A stretch of 63,330 nt of DNA, filler included, from Octopus bimaculoides (taxonomy: Eukaryota), in assembly GCF_001194135.2 (NCBI RefSeq). It is 4 parts of 3 records of this genome, joined end to end, with 100 filler letters (N's around TTAATTAATTAA, not from the genome) between each part and the next. Parts side by side here need not be neighbours in the genome. Positions count along the whole stretch, not along the records: positions 24,582 to 35,212 come from NC_068984.1; positions 35,313 to 63,330 come from NC_068981.1; 2 more parts are not named here. One strand, given 5' to 3'. The notes under the pieces are model-generated. The model ran no database searches, was not told the origin of the DNA, and saw nothing but the letters and a program-made list of their open reading frames with translations. Of this stretch, positions 24,789 to 37,924 are shown piece by piece (positions within the stretch are counted from its first letter, which is position 1; each line of letters starts with the position of its first letter). Made by a program: the position numbers and the translations under genes.

Positions 24789-25444
24789 GGAGAATATGTT
24801 CAAGTGGGTCCTGTTCAAGCACTCATTTGTAATCTAACTTATGGCTAACCGCATCGAGTGGTAGGTTCATTTCAGATAAGTAATCCCATTGTATTTCATC
24901 AGAAGGGTAAATCCTACGTTGTCCCAGAATTCTTTGCACTACTGAATAAAGTATGTTGGACATTATATATGTATATACGTAGGCTATGTGTTCATTGTCA
25001 CTGAAATCGAAAGTGAAAATGAGCTGTTATCTAACAACGCTGTTAGTTGACTTTTGCTAAGAGTTAGTAACCTTGTATTGCCTACTATTATCAACTAACA
25101 ACTGTGATTTAGTTAAATATAACGTAGCGACACTGACAAATAGATTAATGTGATTCTGAATGACATCCTATTTCCAATGTGAAACTCAGACTGTCTACGA
25201 ATAAATTGGCTATACATATTTTTCCATCTCCCTCNNNNNNNNNNNNNNNNNNNNNNNNNNNNNNNNNNNNNNNNNNNNNNNNNNNNNNNNNNNNNNNNNN
25301 NNNNNNNNNNNNNNNNNNNNNNNNNNNNNNNNNNNNNNNNNNNNNNNNNNNNNNNNNNNNNNNNNNNNNNNNNNNNNNNNNNNNNNNNNNNNNNNNNNNN
25401 NNNNNNNNNNNNNNNNNNNNACACACACACACACACACACAAAT

Positions 25445-25477
<33 letters not shown>

Positions 25478-27433
25478 CACACATATATATATATATATGT
25501 ATGTACGTGGATACACACACGTAAACACACACATGTGCCTGCGCATGAATAATTTTTGTAAGTCTTGTAAGTCTTTCAATCTCATTGGCTTTTTTTTTTC
25601 ATCTTCAGAATTTACGCTTTCTTACAAATTGCTATTTTGGCGGCACCTGTTGCAATGAGTTATATTGTTTTATTATTAGCAATACTTACTCTTAGTAGTA
25701 ATGCTTACTGTTTACATTTGTAACTTTAATAAAAATGGTATTTTCCCCGGTGCCATTTGTAAATCTTTCAAAAGATTTCATATAGATATATTTCATAATA
25801 TCACAGACATTAATATTCTTCTCTTGATATTTTTGTATTTCAGTCCATTTCGTTTTGAAACAGAAATGGTAATAATAACCCTAGCCAGAAAAAATTAGTA
25901 CCGAAATGTATATTGGATTAAAGACCTTCTAGCGCATATTTCGATATTAATATGGAAAGTCTCGATTCGGTCATTATCCGCAATATAGTTAACATCTATT
26001 AATTTTTATGAAGAAGCAAATATTATAGTCAGTTGTAATTCTTTGCCGAGACGACGGCCATTTGATTTCGGAACAATTGCAAAAATGTGATAACATATAT
26101 TCAATTAATACGAACACATAATTGCCACCAAATATAATATTCTTTAGCGAATTTTCCGGACGTAACCTTCAAATGAAATAATTTTATGGTTTTTATCTTT
26201 TTTCATAAACATAGCCAATTTCATAATTATACGAATCGCTTATCAAATTACCCAGAAATATAGCAAACAGCAATGTCAAAAGTACATAGCCTAGAATTCC
26301 AAATCATTCTACAAAGAAACAAAAATTTAACGAAAATAGAATTTTGTAGAATGAATCCGTAGTAATAAAAGTGGATATTTCAAATATATTTCCATCAAAA
26401 ATTGACCAAGGTCATATCTAACTTAAGAGCATCACCTGATAGGCTCTGTTAAGTCATTTTTATAGTAAGTTTTGCGGTATCATAGCTCATTCAAGTAGGG
26501 AGCTGTTAACAAATGTATCCAGGTATAGGTGGCTTATATGGGATCACTTGAAGAAGTTTCTCTAGACATCGTTTGAGGGTGATGGGGAAAAATTGCATAT
26601 ATTGAAAAAAGCTTTTCGCCTGAGCAAAAATTTAATTTGGTTCGATTCCTCCTTCAACAAAGCAATAAAATTCCCAAATGCTAATTTTTCGAATTAATGT
26701 ATGTTATATAATTATCATATAAAATATATATTTAAAAACCTAGACGCTACATATGTATATTCTTTATAAATGGGAGTTTAACAAGGTTCTGTGTTAAATT
26801 AATAAAGGAATAGCAGATGCTTCATAAACTCGGCTGGTTGATTATACAAATGAAGAAAGAATAGGAGAGAAAAACAAAACAGGAAGAAAAAGAAAGCAAA
26901 AAGCTGATACAATAATATTTGTTCTTAATCATCAATAATCAATTTTTTAGTCAATAGCTTGCTCTTTCAGCTTTCGGAGTTCGTCATTTTACCATTAAAA
27001 ACATAAATATACTATTACCTGTTTTGTTTTGGGAACTTATAACATAAAACAAAGATAAAGAATGATATCGTAATGGTATTAATATTATGTCATGTTAATA
27101 CAATATTTTTTCAAGAACATATAAAGTATCATTAATGAAATCAAGAAGCGAAAAGATCCTACTCACTTCCTAGATATAGTAAAAATATTTAAGATGTGAT
27201 ACTCAATCATGCTTTCTGTACAAACAAAACAAATTTATGACGAACCAAACCACATGTAATTGCAACAACCAAACTTTCTAGTTGAGTTTAAACATCTAGA
27301 GAATGATTTGATACATCAATAGGAAATATAAAAACACAAATCAACACCTCCCCACACACACATACATGTATATACTAATACATATATATGTCTGTACACA
27401 TTCACACACACATACACCCACACGCACGCACAA

Positions 27434-27470
<37 letters not shown>

Positions 27471-28461
27471 TAGATAGATATATAGGGCAGGGAATCGTCA
27501 ATTAGTGATAAAATTAATAATTAACAATTTTGCCGGGTAGCTCAGTATGAAAAAACCTTTATCGGTAAAACCATTTATAATCATAAATATATAGGGATTA
27601 GCAGTAGCCTGCTTCTCCAACAACTGAGAATTCAGAAATAGCAGCCAAAGAACTACTGATTCCAAAACTACAAATTTTTCTCTAATTGATAGCGATATCT
27701 ATNNNNNNNNNNNNNNNNNNNNNNNNNNNNNNNNNNNNNNNNNNNNNNNNNNNNNNNNNNNNNNNNNNNNNNNNNNNNNNNNNNNNNNNNNNNNNNNNNN
27801 NNNNNNNNNNNNNNNNNNNNNNNNNNNNNNNNNNNNNNNNNNNNNNNNNNNNNNNNNNNNNNNNNNNNNNNNNNNNNNNNNNNNNNNNNNNNNNNNNNNN
27901 NNNNNNNNNNNNNNNNNNNNNNNNNNNNNNNNNNNNNNNNNNNNNNNNNNNNNNNNNNNNNNNNNNNNNNNNNNNNNNNNNNNNNNNNNNNNNNNNNNNN
28001 NNNNNNNNNNNNNNNNNNNNNNNNNNNNNNNNNNNNNNNNNNNNNNNNNNNNNNNNNNNNNNNNNNNNNNNNNNNNNNNNNNNNNNNNNNNNNNNNNNNN
28101 NNNNNNNNNNNNNNNNNNNNNNNNNNNNNNNNNNNNNNNNNNNNNNNNNNNNNNNNNNNNNNNNNNNNNNNNNNNNNNNNNNNNNNNNNNNNNNNNNNAT
28201 ATATCGTACCTCAAACCCATTCAGAACCTGCAATAATCAACATACTCATACACAGCGTAACATTAAGAGAGGCAAAGACGTTTCATTATTTATTTATAGG
28301 TAAACATAAGCATCAACAGAGTAAGATCTACCGACTATAATGAAAAATGTATCGATGTGTCCGGAACCAAGACATACGAAATATTATTATAAAAGAAAAA
28401 GAAATAACTGGAACAGATAACAGTATATCGACACAAAATAAATAAAGAAAAGACGTCGCCA

Positions 28462-28494
<33 letters not shown>

Positions 28495-31400
28495 CATCCG
28501 AACCAAGTACACATTCACTACACCACTTTTAGTTAATTCTCACCTACATACTACGCTTCCAAATTACACCACTTTTTACTCATATATCACTGTATTTTCA
28601 CGTGAATAAAAACCCGTCTTGTATGCATGAGATCATCATAACACGTTTAACTGCATTCGAATGACTGTGAAAACACTCTAAGTATTATGAAATCAAAGTC
28701 ATTGTATGGATATAATCTTAATTTTGGTGAGATAACTGATACATTAATCATATTTTTCCTCTAGAGTAATCACCGATTCATTTTGTCTAGCCTTTCAATG
28801 CTTGCACATGGTATTTGCTATCCATATAAATTTTCATATCCCCAACATTTAAATATTTTAATTTTGTTTTTAATATAATATTTAAAATTTATAATTCGAT
28901 GATAGTAACATTTCTTATCTTTCAAGTCTCGTAGTTAATATCTAATTCTTAATTTAATATTTTATTAATACCATTATGATAATATTTCTTATCTTTGAAG
29001 TCTCATATTGTAAGTCACCATACAGATAACAACACATTTTTTAAATGGTAAACTGGATAAATCCCAGAAACGTCAAAAATATAGGAAAGCGAACACACAA
29101 ACCATTGATTTGAAAACAACCACCTTACAATCAATAATATTTATTACACTAGCTTTCTTTCTTCTTTTACTTCTTTTTCTTCATTTTAACTTGCTTCATT
29201 TATTATTTCTTTTTCTTCTTCTCTATCTTTTCTTTATTATCTGTACAAGCGCTTCTACAGCTCTAAATTTATGAAATAACAACTCTTCTGTTGTACTTTT
29301 AATACTGGAACGTAGATATTGGAATACTGACAAATTTCAATATTGTTTGGAAAGCTCCCATTTTCAGAGAGAAACAGGTGTACATGAATAACTTATAAAT
29401 GTTACCGATTATGCGTGATTACCTGTTCAATACATACATACATACATACATACATGCATAAAATATATTATTCAAGTATGTATATAAAAAATACGTAATG
29501 GGTTTGGTATTTATAAAGAGGGTAAATAAATTCAAATCATGAATATGTTTTCTTGTTTTCAATCAAAAGTTATAAAATGACTTAAGTGCCGAGAGGTTCG
29601 CGTAAGGCACTTATCAAGTTCTAATAAGTCCATACATAGAACTGTCAGTCCTTGAAGAAATTTCTAATTATTGCCGATTAAATAAAAAAAAAAAATATAT
29701 AATTTCATGATGTTTATGTTCGAAACTGTTATTAGTTCGGTATTTGTACACATATAGCGAGATTCAGTAGATCACTCATATTTCCATTATGATTTCTCAA
29801 TTAATTTAAACTCTGTTAAATTTACATATACATACTTACATACATATATACATACACATATACATATATTTTTAAAACATGTATATATNNNNNNNNNNNN
29901 NNNNNNNNNNNNNNNNNNNNNNNNNNNNNNNNNNNNNNNNNNNNNNNNNNNNNNNNNNNNNNNNNNNNNNNNNNNNNNNNNNNNNNNNNACATATACATG
30001 TATTTGTGCATGCATGCATACATACGTACATATTTACATACATACATACATACATCAATATATTGTTATATATCCCAAAGAAGTGGAGAAATAGAAGAAA
30101 TGAAGTTGAAAATGCCCATTGAACATTTTTAAACACATCCTTTCTTTTTTAACAAAGTATGGGGTAAGATAACGAGGTGTGGGGTAAATAAGATAGATGA
30201 AAGCTGTTACATGAATTTTAGTTTTCTTAAGAACCAGCCCCAAGTAGACATTATGAAGTAATTAATTCTTAGGAAAAACAGAATCGTATATCTTTTGTGT
30301 TTTTGATAGTCTGTTCAGCTATGATTTGTATTTTTCAATAAACAAACTTTTCTTATTGATTTTTGTTTCGTCCGGTGTATTGTCTGCACATTCAAAGAGT
30401 GTGCAGTCAAGAAATTTAGGAGATCTAGATTTTTTGTGTAACAAAGACAGAGGGCACGGTAATTTGATATGGTAATATGGAAGTTAATGAGTTGAAATTA
30501 TGAAGATATCAGTGACTGTACTTTTATAGAATATTGTGTGTGACCAGCATTGTTTGAAGGTATAAATGACAGACTATACTTATAAGGAATGTGTCATTAT
30601 GGGTTAAAACCTAATTCGGAAACAAATGATATTGGTGTTTCTGTTAAGTATTTCATTATTAATCTGTTCAATGAACTAATGGTACAGTGTTACATGCGGT
30701 ATTTACTCAAGTTGTGACATTGAGTGAAGATCTCTGCTCTAATTTCTATAGTTGAGCATGGCAGTCTTTTCAGCTGTGCATAATCTGTAAATTTTGTTTT
30801 TTTTTCTTTATATGATTGTAATGTGGACGTAACTAGATAGTTTTGTCACATTCTTTTTACTTAATTCCTGAAATGGAAGCATAGTTGGAGCACCTATGTT
30901 TAAATTTATTCTCTACAAAATCTACATAGTGTTTACACACCCAGTATGGATATTTGGTTTTACCAGGGACGACTTCTACCTTGTAGATAATTGTTTCAGC
31001 GTTGCATGGCTGATTAAAAGGAATATTTGAATTTGCACTTACTCATATATGTTATTAATCTAGCAAGTTTGCCTGTTATTACAATGTTCATACAGAAGAT
31101 ACAGCTGTTACTGATTGTTTCTTTTAATATTATTTCTGTATCTGTAGTTGACAGGAAAAGTTTTATATATTAACCTGAAATGTGTTTAGCAACGTTAGAA
31201 TTTATGATTTAGAAGAAAGGTGAGAATAAAATAATATTGTGGTTTCTTTTCTCACGGTCGGATGGAATGGGGTTGCAGCGCTGAAGATTTCTTCATTCAA
31301 CTATAACAATAGATATTAATGTATGAGTTCTACTCGTTACATGTTTTAAACTCATAATGTAATACCGAAGACTGCACGAAAAAATGAAAATTAATACATG

Positions 31401-31924
31401 CTGCTAGTATTGAGGCAACAATTTTATTGTCAAATGATTATGCGGTACATCTGGATATGAAACTTCGAGTTGAGATTTATTATCACTAGGAAATTTTACA
31501 ATTAAATATATATTAATTAAGAAAAACTCATACAATATAAGTAGCAAGATTAAGAAGTTAACCTTCCAGCAAAGTATTAACTGTTGCACAACCATTAGTT
31601 GGATTTTATTATAATAAACGACTCCAATGTTACTCTATATCAGCAAAATCTTGTCAAATTGTATCTCTCTATCTCGGAACCGCTGCTTACCTGCGCCCTA
31701 AAATGTGTAACTTCATATAACAATTATAGACGACGTTGATATAGACATCATTATGCTAACCAGAAAAGTGTATTGTTCGACAAAGATTCTGCTTGGTTGA
31801 AAAATATCAAATCCCCATGGCTCTATTCAACGTCAGTGTGGAGTAATTTGACAATGGTGAGATATACATCTCATATATATATATATATATGTATGTATGT
31901 ATATATATATATATATATATACAT

Positions 31925-32080
31925 ACATCAAGTTTCTTTCAGTTTCCGTCAACCAGATTCACTCACAAGGCGTTGGTCGGTCCAAAGCTTTAGTAGAAGA
32001 CATTTGTCCAAACGTGCCACGCAAATGGACCTAACTCGGAACCACATGGTTGGAAAGCAAGCTTCTTACTACACAACCAC
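31925..32080 (-). mobile_element. tRNA-derived SINE (family recurring in this window)
   Basis: Reverse complement begins GCAGGTGTGGTTGTGTAGTAAGAAGCTTGCTTTCCAACCATGTGGTTCC. Homologous copies occur at ~38565 (+), ~40085 (+), ~42835 (+), ~49030 (+), ~38230 (-) and ~62130 (-). Confidence 0.8.
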
Positions 32081-32825
32081 ACCTGCGTCTATATCTATAA
32101 AATCAGGAGGTTTAGGAATTGAATATATATATTCATTTAACCACGTGAAGTCCATGGATTTTGCGGTCGCTTTGCAACTTTCTTTATATAGTATTAATTT
32201 CAGTATACAAGAAATTATACGCACGTTTTCGCATAAATATGTATGCTCAGCATTGTACAATACAATTCTATATTCGCAAATTAATGCCAACATAGCTTTC
32301 GTCATTTTCATTTAAATCTGGTGCCATGCACCGCTTCTTGGTGTAACACAAAATACACACACACACACACACACACACACATATGCACACACATATGCAC
32401 ACACGCATATATATGACAATAAATCTGGGATTCTCTAGAAAATATACGCCGATGTACAAAGCTGCTTATTAATTAGTTACTGGAATTAAGTATCATTTAC
32501 CGAAAGAATGCAATTATCAAAGTCTCTATTGTCTAGAAAATTCTGAAACATACCGAATTAAATTCTTTTTGATTAAAATTTGATTTTCAAGCTTCTTTTC
32601 TACGAAACGATTAATTTTAATTGATTTGGAGATAACGCTTTTAAAATTTTACGCTGTGAGACAGCCTTTCTCAACGTCTTATTCCTTTCTCTCTCTTTCT
32701 TTCCATTTCTTGTTTGTTTATATATTTCCGATGGTTAGTTACTTTGCTAAAAGGTCTACTGTTTGTGTTATCGTAGTTCGTTTCCTCTCTCTGAAGTTGC
32801 GTGTTTATATAGATTGTTCATACTA

Positions 32826-33140
32826 AAATCTATGTCGACGGAAATGTTTTGTTATGCAATAATACATGAATTAAAAACAACACTAAGTTTTTCAATATGA
32901 TATTTTCTACTGCATCCTCTTACATAATTACGCCCGCCATTCGCCGTTCAATCGCGTCCAAATATTATTCCTCCCGCTGTTCACCCGAACATTTTTTCGA
33001 AATCAATTTATACTGAAAACCTCCCCAGACACATAAGCAATGTGCGTGTGAAGTTTAAGAAAAATCGGTCGAGCCGTTTTGGCGCAAAATGAGGACATAC
33101 AGATACACACATTTTCATTTTCAGTTTTAATATGTAAGAT
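32826..33140 (+). mobile_element. Helitron/Helentron-like non-autonomous element fragment
   Basis: 3' region AAACCTCCCC...AAGTTTAAGAAAAATCGGTCGAGCCGTTTTGG...ACATACAGATACACAC...TTTTAATATGTAAGAT resembles the DINE-1/HINE-type subterminal arrangement. Called by pattern resemblance only. Confidence 0.4.
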
Positions 33141-33350
33141 TTAATACATCGCTACGCGCGTTTCCACAAATCTCATGACGTTAACATCAGAGTCCATACC
33201 CTTCGAATGATTACAGTGCAATCCGTAGTATTCGTGGGCATCCGGTTGATCATCATCATTGATTCATTTTATCAGGTGATACTGCATTCGCCGGCATTAT
33301 GAAATAGGAGCTTTACTTGCATACCTTTAACCATTACGCCATATGCCCGA

Positions 33351-33427
33351 GGGCATATAGCGTAATGGTTAAGAGCGCGGGATACTAACCCCAAGATTCC
33401 GAGTTCGATTCCAGGCAGTAACCTGAA
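33351..33427 (+). mobile_element. tRNA(Arg)-derived SINE-like head with an (AAT)n tail; not a functional tRNA
   Basis: A-box TAGCGTAATGG and B-box GAGTTCGATTCC. AAGATTCC..GTTCGA resembles tRNA-Arg(ACG). No acceptor-stem partner is present. An (AAT)n tail follows. Confidence 0.65.
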
Positions 33428-34596
33428 TAATAATAATAATAATAGTAATAATAATAACAACAACATTATAGAATTTCACATGTGAATATAGAAACATTTT
33501 ACAAAATTATTAATCAACAGCAATGTTTCCCTTCTTCACATTCAGCGTCAGTTAAGAAATGAAGATTCGCTCTTGACATCTGCTGCTCTATAGACTTTTG
33601 AAAAACTCGTCACTCTTTCATTTTGTGAGATTGACTATAAATTTGATCTATTTTCATGCTTGACGTTTTAATTTCTGGTGCAAAAGATGAAGAGGATTTT
33701 TATGGTTTTAATGTTAGGTACAGAACAAAGGAAATAATGCCTGCAATACTTTTATTAACATACTTTTAAAGAAAAGCTATCGATGGCTGGGCTGCAGTTG
33801 ACAATGGTATTTAATTAATCGAAAGTTTTCAAGACCAGGAGATTATCAACAGTATGATTAATCTCCACAATTGAGATACAGCAATTTGCCCGACGAATAT
33901 GATGTACACAAACAAAGCAATTGAAACTGCATTTTACTCGAAATATTAGTCACACATTGATAAAATTCCTTCTTATTTTTGAGAGGAATTCAAGTTTCTG
34001 GATGCAGTAAATTATGCAAGAGCATATGCTTAAAACAGTAATGATCACTACATGACAAGAAATCTGCGACACAAAGTGACATTGAGAAATTCTTGAATTC
34101 ACTGAAAAGCGTGCATATACTGATCAAACACTCCTGGAAGAGAATTGAAAATTGCTTTCTGAATGCGTTTTAATAAAAAATGCTTTTACTTTAAATTGAA
34201 AATAGTCTAACTTTAAAGTGTGTTTGATAAATTCTGTGAAGAGAAATTTTTATATAATAAACCCCTATTATTTAGCACTCAAAGCTGTAAGATTTAGACA
34301 TATGCTGATTATTGCATTTGGAAAGTGTTAACGTTTTTCTTTCGAAATGTTTGGTTTTCATGCCAACTTGCTTTGTAGTTGGCAGTTAATTGCATTGTGT
34401 TCGTCATCCTGTATTTCTTTTTCGTATTTATTATAGGTCTTTTACTTACGTAATAATTCTTAGTAGACAACAGTAGATTTACAATAACGGTACCTCAAAT
34501 CCCTATACATGTGTTTGTATGTGCTTATATATATATATATACATATATACATACATGCATACACACGCACACACACACACACATAAATATATAAGA

Positions 34597-34982
34597 AGAA
34601 AATGGAGAAAACATTTGATCAACAAATAATATTCGTCCTCCTCATAGCACATTCGACCTGGTGCATGGAGCTTCACCAGAGTGAATACAAATGCATAAAA
34701 TAAAATAAATGAAGGAAAGAAGACCTGTTCTTTCCTATTCCCTCTTCCCTTCGTTAATTTTATTTTATGTATTTGTATTCACTCTGATGAAGCTCCATGT
34801 ACTAGATCAAATGTGCTATGAAGATGACGAATACTATTTTCGGAATTTCCTTCGTAAGCACCGACTAACATTGGTAGCGGAAACGGCCGTAAGAAATGTT
34901 ATGGCATGTTCTGTATTAAAAATTAATCAACCGATGTTGGTCAATTTGTTTGTTTGTTGATCAAACGTTTTCTCCATTTTCT
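34597..34982. mobile_element. Head-to-head inverted pair of one repeat unit (MITE or Penelope-like pseudo-LTR pair)
   Basis: 34597-34720 is the reverse complement of 34743-34982, except that the right arm carries an extra ~105-nt segment (~34840-34945). The arms differ at several positions. The right arm has CTGATGA (34784) and GAAACGGCCGTA (34880-34891). Confidence 0.75.
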
Positions 34983-35158
34983 GGTTATTTAAATTTGTTT
35001 CCTGATAAACTTTTGTTTATTCTGTTATTACCTGTACCCCAAGAGTATGGTGTGCTTGCATACCCAAGCCTAGGGATAGCATAGGTAAAAGATACCGAGA
35101 GTAAGAACGGATACTATTATCCCTTACACGGTTATTCCAACCGCGAACTCTCCTTACC

Positions 35159-35192
<34 letters not shown>

Positions 35193-35395
35193 TAAATAAA
35201 TATATATATATANNNNNNNNNNNNNNNNNNNNNNNNNNNNNNNNNNNNNNNNNNNNTTAATTAATTAANNNNNNNNNNNNNNNNNNNNNNNNNNNNNNNN
35301 NNNNNNNNNNNNTAGAGTATATCTTCTTATGTTAGCTAGTTTGTTAGGGTTCATTGTTTTATCGAGGTCTGTATTTACATTATTTTTCTTCCATG

Positions 35396-35442
<47 letters not shown>

Positions 35443-35828
35443 CAATATTATTATATAATTATATTATATTATTATATTATTATGATATTATTATTATATA
35501 CAATTGTATACAAAAGTAAAGAACTCTTCTATCTATATATTACATTTCTGCTGAGTTACTTCAGTCCTTTATATGAACTAAAAAATGAATTAGACTGACA
35601 TTTATTTTGAACCTGTTGAAGGCACACCAGATGCCAAAATATATTGTTCAAAGCGAAAATAAATAAGTTACTTTCGAGTTGCGCTTTTTGTCATTAAGTT
35701 GGCCTTGGTGATGGATTATGTCAGCTATGTTTACCTTAGTGATGAATTGTGCCAATCGTATACAAAAGTAAAGAACTCTTCTATCTATCTATTACATTTC
35801 TACTGAGTTACTTCAGTCCTTTATATGA

Positions 35829-35867
<39 letters not shown>

Positions 35868-35868
<1 letters not shown>

Positions 35869-36750
35869 GTGGGTCGGAGAAAATGCTCAGTGGCATTTCT
35901 TCCAGTTCTTTATGTTCTGAGTTCAAATGCTGCCAAGGTCAACTTTGCTGTTCATTCTTTTGGGATCAATAAAATAAAGCACCAGTCAGGTACGGGGTGG
36001 GTGTGTGTTTGTTATTGACTTTTCTCCACCCTAAATTGCTGGCCTTGTACCAATATTAGAAACATCTATTATCAAGGTAGTAAGCTGGTAGAATTGTTAG
36101 TGGCATTTCATCTGTCTTTATGTTCCGAGTTCGAATTCTGTCAATGTCAGGTTTATCTTTTATCCTTCCAGTGTCAAGGAAATAAGTACCAGGTGAATAC
36201 TAGAATCACTGTAATCAACTAGCCCCCACCCCCAAAGTTTCAGGTCTTATGTCTATGATAGAAAGGATTATTATTAAGGCAATGAACTGGCAGAATTGTT
36301 AGGACACTAAGCAAAATGCTGATCAGTGTTTTGTCTGCCTTTACTGAGCTCAAATTCTATTGAGGATGACTTTACTTTTCATTCTTTTGGGGTTGATAAA
36401 ATAAGTACCGGTAAAGCACTGGGGTCAATGTAATTGATTTTCCCCCTTCCCTGAACTTACTGGCCTTGTGCCAAAATTTGAAACCATTATTTTTATCATT
36501 ATTATTATTATTAAGGTGGCGAGCTGGCAATATCGTTTGTACACTGACAGAATCATTTGCACACTGGATGAAATACTTAGCAGTATTTCACCCATTGCTA
36601 CATTTGTAAGTTCAAATTCTGCCGAGGTTGACTTTGCCTTTCATCCTTTCGGGGTTGATAAATTAAGTACCAGTGAAACACTGGGGTCAATATGATCAAC
36701 TAGTACCCTCTCCCAAAATTTCAGGCCTTGTACCTTTAGTAGAAATGATT
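35868..36750 (+). mobile_element. Cluster of four tandem SINE copies of a second family, separated by (ATT)n tails
   Basis: Repeated module ...GCTGGCAGAAT...TTCTGAGTTCAAATTC...GACTTTGCCTTTCATCCTTT..GGGGT.GATAAA.TAAGTACC...GGCCTTGT.CC, starting at ~35869, 36075, 36276 and 36512. Confidence 0.85.
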
Positions 36751-36919
36751 ATTATTATTTTAATCAGTAGGAGTTACAAAGTGACTCAAGGGCTAAAGCT
36801 TTCAGTCCTTTTGGTACTGTGAAACTTCTGTTGACTAAAATATTAAAATATATATACTTATGAATAGTTATCTATTTATCCCCTTTGTATGAAAACTTCT
36901 CTCCCTCCCTCCCTCTCTC

Positions 36920-37023
<104 letters not shown>

Positions 37024-37705
37024 ATGCTTTTAATACTTAATATCATACACACACACGTATGCCTACTAACAATAAATGAGTATCTTGCAATCCAAAGCAT
37101 CACACATATACACACACATATTCTTGAGATTTTAGTATTCTCATTTGTTATAAGTAGGCATATCTCTACTTGGCAAACTACCAGCTCTATTCATGATTGA
37201 GTAGTTGGTACTGAGAACACCCGTCAAGAGAAAACACATGCTATACATGCATAGACCTGTTTAATTCTTGTTAGCTGTTTGTCAAGTTTATCTACTAACA
37301 CACTTTTATGTCTGCAATATTAATATTCACATATGATGAAAAAAATACCATAGTGTGATTACTTCTATTTTATGTAAGCTTTTCTAGATGAGTTTATTAA
37401 TGAAGCATTAAGCATAAACTAAATCTAACTTGATTTTTACTCTGTAGCATTACTTATGTCAACCCTGATTGAGCAGACCTATGACCAAATGCTTTCCAGC
37501 CATAGCCATACTATCTTTCTATATATCTTGGATTATACTGTCAGATATTCTGCAGGGTCCTTCCCAAACTCAACCAGTCACACCAAATATTTCTGACCCA
37601 TGATAATACCAGTGTATTATCAATGGCTAACCTGACATGAAATTATATGAGATTGCTGAATCTGATAGAAATAATTCTTTCTCAAATTATACTCTGGCAC
37701 TTTAA

Positions 37706-37924
37706 CCCTTTAGCATTCAGATTACTCTGTTAAATGTAAAGCTTATTTATCCACATTGTTTTGAATTAATCATGCATTATCTCATAGCATCAAGATTTCA
37801 ATGATGCAATGTTCAGTTTTAGAGTGATATTGTAGGGACGATGTGAGAGACCAAATCTGGCTGGTTTGAACATGAAACAGGTAGAATATTTTGACCAGAT
37901 ATGGCCAGTTAAAATGTTAATGGG
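37706..37924 (+). mobile_element. piggyBac-type MITE
   Basis: TTAA|CCCTTTAGCATT...AATGTTAATGGG|TTTA. Homologous to the 54013-54222 copy in the opposite orientation. Confidence 0.75.

Noticed and set aside
24600-26330. Several candidate minus-strand exons (24850-24941, ~24650-24711, ~26255-26320)
   Set aside because: Splice-like signals exist, but phases do not link to the phase-1 terminal exon and no family motif was recognised. They need RNA evidence.
33351-33424. Possible functional tRNA gene
   Set aside because: A and B boxes are present, but the 5' end has no 3' acceptor-stem partner and an (AAT)n tail follows. It is SINE-like.
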